Positions 58,438 to 64,000 of a stretch of 64,000 nt of DNA are shown here, one piece after another. The position numbers and the translations under genes were made by a program. Position 1 is the first letter of the stretch. Each line of letters starts with the position of its first letter. Under the pieces are notes generated by a model, which was not told the DNA's origin, ran no database searches, and was given only the letters and a program-made list of their open reading frames with translations. The stretch covers positions 1,248,001 to 1,312,000 of the forward strand of contig NZ_JAQNDL010000002.1 in NCBI RefSeq assembly GCF_028368995.1. Direction: 5' to 3'. The DNA comes from Nannocystis bainbridge (GTDB lineage Bacteria; Myxococcota_A; Polyangia; Nannocystales; Nannocystaceae).

Positions 58438-59826
58438 ATGACGAGCCCCGTGGCGCCCGCCGAACCCTCCGGTCCCCCCCCTGGTTATGGTCCGCGTGCG
58501 CGCGGGGTCCCCGTCCGCAACAAGCTGCTGGTCGCCGCGGTGACCACCAACCTGGCCGGCATGATCGCGGCGGTGTTCCTGGCCCGGCTCATCCGCGAGG
58601 TGCCGGCCGAGGCCTCGACCGAGTCGATGCTGCTGGTCGCCTACTACACGGCGCTGTGTGTGGTAGCGATCGCCGACGCGCTGCTGATCGACGAGTTCAT
58701 GTTCGGCGGGGCGTTCCGCCTGACCCACCTCCAGGGCAAGGACCCCAAGTTCGCGCGCGCGAGCGACGAGGCGGCGATGGTGGCGGCGACGATGCAGCGC
58801 TCGTCGGTCAGCTTCCCGATCGTCCTTTTGCTGTGCGGCGGGGTGACGTACCTGCTGTTCAATTTCGTGAACCAGGACTTCAACTCTTACTACCGAAGGG
58901 TTGGAATTCACGTCAGTTCTCTCCGGGGCGACGAGCCCGAGAGTCAGCCCCGGCGGCTGCAGGCGATCGCCGAGCTGTCGATGCGCCGGCACCCGACGAT
59001 CGTGCCGACCTTGCGCCAGCAGCTGGCCCGCGGCGGCGAGGTCGGCGCGTGGGCGGCCTGGTCGCTGGGCCGCTTCATCGACGTGACCTCCGAGCGCAAG
59101 GCGATCCTGGGCGACCTGCGGGAGACGATGAAGTCGCCGGACCCGAACCTGCGGCGCGAGGCGCTGATCTCGCTGGCCCGCTACCAGGACCGCGACGTGG
59201 CCGACGCCCTGGTGGGCGAGCTCGAGCGCGACCTGGCGGCGGGGGTGATCGATCGGCGGCTGCTGATCGCGGCCGGCTATATCCAGGTGCCGAAGCTGCT
59301 GCCGGCGCTGCAGCAGATCCTCCAGCGCGGCGACGAGAAGGCCCAGCGCGTGGCAGCGTGGGCGATCGCGCAGCACCGCGACCAGCGTGAGGCGAAGGAC
59401 CTCGACCTGATGCTGACGGATCGCCTGCCGTCAGCCGCGTTTTCGGTGCGCTGCGCGATCGTGTTCAGCCTCGGGATCCTCGGCAACGAGCGCGCGAACG
59501 TGCCCCTGATGCACGCGTACGACACGGCGACGCCCGAGGAGCGGGCCACGACGTGCCCGGTCGAGGTCGTGTACCTCCGGCCCGACGGCCAGCAGGACCA
59601 CTTCGAGCTGCTGCTGCCGCCCGAAAACTACGAGAACGAGATCTTCAAGGTCCTCGGGCAAATCCGCGCCACGACTCCCGAAATTCGTGCAGCGGTGGAG
59701 CCGTGGCTGGAGCGCCTGGCGGCCGCGCACAAGGGGGACGGGACGCTCACTTCCGAGCGCGCGCAGTCGCTGCTCGAGGGCATCCGCAGCGCCCGCGACG
59801 ACTCGAAGGTGGCGGCGCCGGAGTAG
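58438..59826 (+). CDS. Membrane-anchored HEAT-repeat protein
   Basis: Three N-terminal TM segments, then HEAT repeats (AAWSLG, DPNLRREALISL, VRCAIVFSLG). Confidence 0.7.
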   Translation: MTSPVAPAEPSGPPPGYGPRARGVPVRNKLLVAAVTTNLAGMIAAVFLARLIREVPAEASTESMLLVAYYTALCVVAIADALLIDEFMFGGAFRLTHLQGKDPKFARASDEAAMVAATMQRSSVSFPIVLLLCGGVTYLLFNFVNQDFNSYYRRVGIHVSSLRGDEPESQPRRLQAIAELSMRRHPTIVPTLRQQLARGGEVGAWAAWSLGRFIDVTSERKAILGDLRETMKSPDPNLRREALISLARYQDRDVADALVGELERDLAAGVIDRRLLIAAGYIQVPKLLPALQQILQRGDEKAQRVAAWAIAQHRDQREAKDLDLMLTDRLPSAAFSVRCAIVFSLGILGNERANVPLMHAYDTATPEERATTCPVEVVYLRPDGQQDHFELLLPPENYENEIFKVLGQIRATTPEIRAAVEPWLERLAAAHKGDGTLTSERAQSLLEGIRSARDDSKVAAPE

Positions 59827-59878
59827 GCGCCGCGTCGCTGGAGCCGTACAATCGGTGTGCGCGAAAGAGCACATCGAC

Positions 59879-60721
59879 ATGCACCGCTTCGCTTTTCCCG
59901 TCCTCGCTTTCGCCTGTGTCGCCGTCACCGCGACCGCGGCCCACGCTCACATCGCCCTCAGCTCGCCGCTGCCGCGGCACGTCGACCAGAAGTCAGGCCC
60001 GTGCGGGGTCGGGCCGAACGACACCCGCGGCGACGAGGTGGCGGTGTTCCAGGGCGGCGAGTCGATCGTGGTCCGCTGGACCGAGACGGTCGACCACCCG
60101 GGCCACTTCCGCATCAGCTTCGACAACGACGGCCACGACGACTTCGGGGACCCGGCCGGCTTCGACGATTTCTACTCGAACCCGGCGGTGCTGGTCGACG
60201 AGATCGCCGACAAGCAGGGCTCGCAGCAGATGTACGAGCAGGAGGTGACGCTGCCGCTGATGAGCTGCGACAACTGCACGCTGCAGCTGATCCAGGTGAT
60301 GACCGACAAGCCGCCGTACGAGATCGGCACCAACGACCTCTACTATCAGTGCGCCGACATCGTGCTCGAGGGGGCGGCCGAGACGACGGGCGAGGAGACG
60401 AGCGCGGGCGAGACGACGACGGGCGAGGCGACGACCGGCAGCGAGACCTCGGAGGGCACGGGGACGCCCGGGACCACGGGCGAGCCGGGCACGACCGGCG
60501 GGGATCCGCAGCCGACGACCGGGACGACGGCCGAGAGCGGCACGACGGCCGGAGACGGCACGACGGCCGAGAGCGGCAACGAAAGCGACGGGACCGGCAG
60601 CGCGACCGAGAGCCTGGGCGAGGGCGAGGGCGGCTGCGGCTCGTGCAACACGGGCGGGGCCGGCGGGAGCAGCTTGGCGGCGCTGTTGTTGTTGCTGGGG
60701 CGCAGGAGACGGCGTGGTTGA
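59879..60721 (+). CDS. Secreted LPMO-like (SCE4755-type) protein with Thr/Gly linker and MYXO-CTERM-like tail
   Basis: Signal peptide AHA followed by His1 (HIALSSPLPR), KSGPCG, WTETVDHPGHFRI, CDNCTLQLIQVM, YYQCAD. Tail GCGSC...LLLLLGRRRRR. Confidence 0.75.
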   Translation: MHRFAFPVLAFACVAVTATAAHAHIALSSPLPRHVDQKSGPCGVGPNDTRGDEVAVFQGGESIVVRWTETVDHPGHFRISFDNDGHDDFGDPAGFDDFYSNPAVLVDEIADKQGSQQMYEQEVTLPLMSCDNCTLQLIQVMTDKPPYEIGTNDLYYQCADIVLEGAAETTGEETSAGETTTGEATTGSETSEGTGTPGTTGEPGTTGGDPQPTTGTTAESGTTAGDGTTAESGNESDGTGSATESLGEGEGGCGSCNTGGAGGSSLAALLLLLGRRRRRG

Positions 60722-61364
60722 TGCGAGCGCTCCGAGGCGGCGGCAGCGGGCTGTCGCGTCGTGGGGGCTCTGCGGTGGTCTGGCGCTGGGCGGGCTGCTG
60801 GGCTGGCCCAGCGCTGCGCTGGCGCATATCCGCCTGATCGAGCCGGCGCCGCGACACGAGCAACAGAAGCGCGGGCCGTGCGGGGCCGGCAGCGAGGACG
60901 GGCGCGGCGAGGTGGTGAGCACGTTCCGGCCGGGGCAGACGATCACGGTGCGGTGGCAGGAGACGGTGGCGCACCCGGGCTACTTCCGCATCGCCTTCGA
61001 CGAGGAGGGCCAGGACGCGTTCGCCGATCCGGCAGAGGCCGGGCAGAGCGGCGATCCTGCGGTGGTGCTCGTCGATCTCATCGCCGACAAGGAGGGCACG
61101 CAGACGTACGAGCAGGCGGTGACGCTGCCGGACGTGGCGTGCGAGCGCTGCACGCTGCAGCTGGTGCAGGTGATGACGGACAAGGGGCCGTACGGGGACG
61201 GCAACGACCTGTACTACCAGTGCGCGGACCTGGTGCTCAGCGAGGATGCGCCGGCGAGCTCGCCGGAGAGCGACGAGGCGAGCAGCGGGTGCCGCACGGG
61301 CTCGGCGGGGCCGCTGGCGCTGGTGATGCTGCTCGGCTGGCGGCGACGCTCGCGGGCGGGCTGA
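60714..61364 (+). CDS. Second LPMO-like (SCE4755-type) paralog with MYXO-CTERM-like tail
   Basis: ALA followed by His1 (HIRLIEPAPR), KRGPCG, WQETVAHPGYFRI, CERCTLQLVQVM, YYQCAD. Tail SGC...LVMLLGWRRR. Confidence 0.75.
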   Translation: MVDASAPRRRQRAVASWGLCGGLALGGLLGWPSAALAHIRLIEPAPRHEQQKRGPCGAGSEDGRGEVVSTFRPGQTITVRWQETVAHPGYFRIAFDEEGQDAFADPAEAGQSGDPAVVLVDLIADKEGTQTYEQAVTLPDVACERCTLQLVQVMTDKGPYGDGNDLYYQCADLVLSEDAPASSPESDEASSGCRTGSAGPLALVMLLGWRRRSRAG

Positions 61365-61377
61365 AGCTCCCAAGGCC

Positions 61378-61612
61378 TGAAGCTGCGGCAGGCTGAGGGC
61401 TTCGGATGGTCTGAAGCTGCGGCAGGCTGAGGGGCTTCGGATGGCCCGAAGCTACCTGGCAGGCTGAGGCTGCGGGCAGGCTGAGGCTTCGATTTGGACC
61501 GACCTGTCGGGCAGGCTTCGGATTGAACCGAAGCTACCAGGGCGGGCTGAAGGCTGGGGGCAGGTTGAGGCTTCGGATGGACCGAAGCTACCGGGCAGGC
61601 CGAAGTTCGGCA
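61378..61612. repeat. REP-like cluster of GCTTCGG-N5-CCGAAGC hairpins and GGCAGGCTGAGG units between convergent genes
   Basis: Repeated GCTTCGGATGG(A/C/T)C(C/T)GAAGCT near 61399, 61434, 61515 and 61570, interleaved with GGCAGGCTGAG. Confidence 0.75.
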
Positions 61613-61710
61613 GGCGGCGGCAGGATGCCTGTCCTGTTGGACAGGTGAGGGAACTCGAAGCGGGCCTGGCCTTTCGGACAGCTCGGCGTGCTGGCTTCGG
61701 AGGCTCTTCT

Positions 61711-62175
61711 TTAAAATTGTAGCGCGAAGCCGCCGCCGGTCGGCTTGACGCGGATCTTCGCGGTCCAGTCCTCGCGGCTCCGCGTGAAGCGCTCGTAGCG
61801 GACTGCGCCGATGGCGGTGAGCGGCATGCCGACGAGCAGCATCAGGGCGCCGGGGATCAGGAAGTGGAGGCCCGCGTAGGGGCCTTGGGGCGCGGGGCCC
61901 GGGGGGGGGTCCTGCGGGTTCATCACCAGGAGGGTGCCGACGATCGTGGTGGGGATCCCGAAGGCGAACAGGCTGGCGCCGACGATCAGCGACTTGAGGC
62001 CGCGCGGTTGCGGGTACTGTTCTGCGACGACCGGGGCCGGGCCGGGGTCCTGGCATGGTTTCCCGGCGGCGGCCGAGCGAACCGGCAAGCGACAGGGGCG
62101 GAGGCCCGCGGTCGCGGTCGTCGGGGCGAGGGCGACGAGGGCAGCGAGCGAACACAGGCACGACGCGCGGCGCAT
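61711..62175 (-). CDS. Hypothetical exported/membrane protein
   Basis: Signal peptide, two hydrophobic segments, C-terminal GGFALQF. GGAG RBS. Confidence 0.55.
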   Translation of the reverse strand: MRRASCLCSLAALVALAPTTATAGLRPCRLPVRSAAAGKPCQDPGPAPVVAEQYPQPRGLKSLIVGASLFAFGIPTTIVGTLLVMNPQDPPPGPAPQGPYAGLHFLIPGALMLLVGMPLTAIGAVRYERFTRSREDWTAKIRVKPTGGGFALQF

Positions 62176-62306
62176 GGGGGCAGCTCCGAGTCAGAGGCAG
62201 AGGAGACCGTAGCAGCGTCCGCCATGGTCGCGAGATCTGCAAGCGAACCGTCGCCGGATGCACGGTCCGCCGAGGCGTGCTACCGATGCGGCGTCAGGAG
62301 ACCGAC

Positions 62307-62726
62307 ATGATCCACCAGGCCTTACTTCGCACCCTCGCCCTCGCGTTCGCCACCACGGCTCTGTTCGCCGGGGGCTGCAAGGACACTTCGGGCGCCGGCT
62401 CCGGAGCGCCCGGGACCGCCGCCGACCCTGCGGGGACCGCCGGTGCGGGAGGGGGTGGCGCGCAGCCGGCGGTCGACACCAGACCCGAGACGACGCCGGT
62501 CGCTGGCGAGACACCCTCGCCGACGGCTCCGCCGGGGGACGACTCGCCCGCGGCGTTCGTCGAATGCACGACGCGCACGACCATGTGCACGCGCGAATAC
62601 AACCCGGTGTGCGGCAAGCTGACCGACGGCGCGCGCAAGTCGTACTCGAACAAGTGCGTGGCGTGCGGCGACCAGGCGGTGGTCGGCTACTCGCCCGGCG
62701 CGTGCCCCGAGACGCCGCCGACGTGA
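62307..62726 (+). CDS. Lipoprotein with a C-terminal Kazal-like domain
   Basis: AGGAG RBS, lipobox GGC, CTREYNPVCG...YSNKC.AC...GAC. Confidence 0.8.
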   Translation: MIHQALLRTLALAFATTALFAGGCKDTSGAGSGAPGTAADPAGTAGAGGGGAQPAVDTRPETTPVAGETPSPTAPPGDDSPAAFVECTTRTTMCTREYNPVCGKLTDGARKSYSNKCVACGDQAVVGYSPGACPETPPT

Positions 62727-62876
62727 GGCGTGGGGCCGAGGGGCTCCGAGCGAGCGCGGAGGCGCCGCGCGGATGGCCGCGCGGTCGCTTGCGGACGCCG
62801 TGCAGGCGTCGTTCGTGAGGCGGCCTGCGGGCGCAGAGACCTGCTGCGGACGCGGGGCAGGCCTCGCAAAAAGTGC

Positions 62877-62905
62877 TTGACGCGTCTCGTGCAGCCGGGT
62901 AAAAG
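62877..62905 (+). promoter_or_regulatory. Putative sigma70 promoter for tRNA-Thr
   Basis: TTGACG (62877-62882), a 17-bp spacer, TAAAAG (62900-62905), with an A-tract upstream. Confidence 0.5.
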
Positions 62906-62921
62906 CCCGACCCTCGGTTGT

Positions 62922-62994
62922 GCCACTTTAGCTCAGTTGGTAGAGCAGCTGATTCGTAATCAGCAGGTCTCCGGTTCGAGTCCGGAAAGTGGCT
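62922..62994 (+). tRNA. tRNA-Thr(CGT)
   Basis: Cloverleaf: acceptor GCCACTT/AAGTGGC, D-arm GCTC/GAGC, anticodon stem GCTGA/TCAGC with loop TT-CGT-AA, T-arm TCCGG-TTCGAGT-CCGGA. CCA not encoded. Confidence 0.97.
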
Positions 62995-63131
62995 TGAGTC
63001 TCTCTTATTCGAGGCGGTCTCCGTCGCGGTCTATTCCCGCGCAGGAGGCCGCCTGTCCGTCGTGCCGCGGTTTGCGGCGGCTTGCGGCGGCACGGGCCCG
63101 GCTGCGGCGCATTGCCGCGGCGCTGTCAGTT

Positions 63132-63560
63132 TCACGGCGGCGTGGGCTCCCCGTCGGGACGCAGCGTGGTCTGGATGGACATGCCCGAAGCGACATGTCC
63201 GCGAGAACCGGTGAAGATGCGCGCCTCGGCAGCGGGGGTGCCGCGGTGGATGAGCAGCGCGACGGCGCTGCCGGGCCGCGAGCCGCCGTCGCGGAAGTGG
63301 GCCTGGACCTGGACGCGCCAGTGGAGGTCGTCGTGCTTCTCCATGCGGCAGGTGAAGCCGAGCATGGCGTCGTCGATGGGGCGCTGGCTCGGGACGTCGG
63401 ACGGGAGCACGACCCACCACCAGTCGTGCACGGCGGTGCCCTCGAAGACGCGGTAAAGCTCGCCGTCCTGGACGTTGGCGGCGTACGCCGACGGGATGGG
63501 TCGTGGCTCCGGATCGTCGCTGGTCCCCGCGAAGCTGCGCTGAGCGTCACTCTGATTCAC
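63132..63560 (-). CDS. Hypothetical protein
   Basis: GTG start preceded by a strong GGAGGTG Shine-Dalgarno. Globular-looking sequence with no recognised domain. Confidence 0.6.
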   Translation of the reverse strand: MNQSDAQRSFAGTSDDPEPRPIPSAYAANVQDGELYRVFEGTAVHDWWWVVLPSDVPSQRPIDDAMLGFTCRMEKHDDLHWRVQVQAHFRDGGSRPGSAVALLIHRGTPAAEARIFTGSRGHVASGMSIQTTLRPDGEPTPP

Positions 63561-64000
63561 GGCTCACCTCCCATGCGGCCTCTACGGTGAAGAAGGTCGG
63601 TGGCCGGGCAAGTGACTCGGGCTACCGGCGGCGTCGCGGGGCCGCCGCTGGCGAGAGCGCGGCGAGACGCGGTGATGCGCCAGGCCGGTCGCTTCGACCG
63701 CGGAACGTGGCTGTCGCAGGCCAGGCGCTGCGAGATCCGGCGGCGACGGCGACGGCGGCGAGGCGCGCCGATCCGCGCGAGCCGCGAGGGGCTCCGCACA
63801 GGCCGGGGTCGCGACCCGGCGCGCGGTTGCATGCGCGAGGGCGTGGGCGGCTGCGCGTGTGCTCGTTACGAGCGGTGGCCGGCATGTCCTTGCGGACATA
63901 TTCGCCCGCGGCCAGGGGCGCCGATCCTGGCGAGCCATGAGGGACAGCGCGCGGGGGGCCTCGCGCCAGGGCGTGCGCGAGGGCCTGCAAGAGGTTTTCG

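Noticed and set aside
62922-64000. tRNA-Thr as an island insertion site
   Set aside because: No integrase, no duplicated tRNA 3' end and no compositional shift within the window. The iterated motif continues downstream (63885).

Overview
Very GC-rich (roughly 70-73% by eye) bacterial chromosome segment. Gene content points to a myxobacterium, possibly Nannocystis-like (inference): MYXO-CTERM-like sorting tails, an MCP-less Che8-like chemosensory cluster, futalosine-pathway genes and an FHA Ser/Thr kinase. It is mostly core genome: imuA-imuB-dnaE2, cmk-rpsA-ribH-nusB, the chemosensory operon followed by xerD, site-2 protease-scpA-scpB-rluB, rpsN-rpmE2, fabH, a multiheme cytochrome c, ftsH-tilS, an HtrA-like protease, menaquinone genes, a GT2/GT-C pair, SPOR and VanW proteins, two LPMO-like secreted proteins and tRNA-Thr(CGT). 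No CRISPR, integrase island or IS was seen. The most striking unexplained signal is a gapped palindrome, TGTC-N6-GACA (extended consensus CMTGTCC-N4-GGACAKG). I counted 40 exact copies by eye against under 1 expected from base composition. It occurs in intergenic DNA, in disordered protein tails, and inside conserved genes through unfavoured synonymous codons. It also forms head-to-tail chains with a strict 14-bp period and non-identical spacers. Also notable are ScpA and ScpB of over 1000 aa with huge acidic tails next to an RluB with a roughly 400-aa basic tail, a catalytically dead MqnE-like paralog, and a recurring leaderless-promoter architecture.
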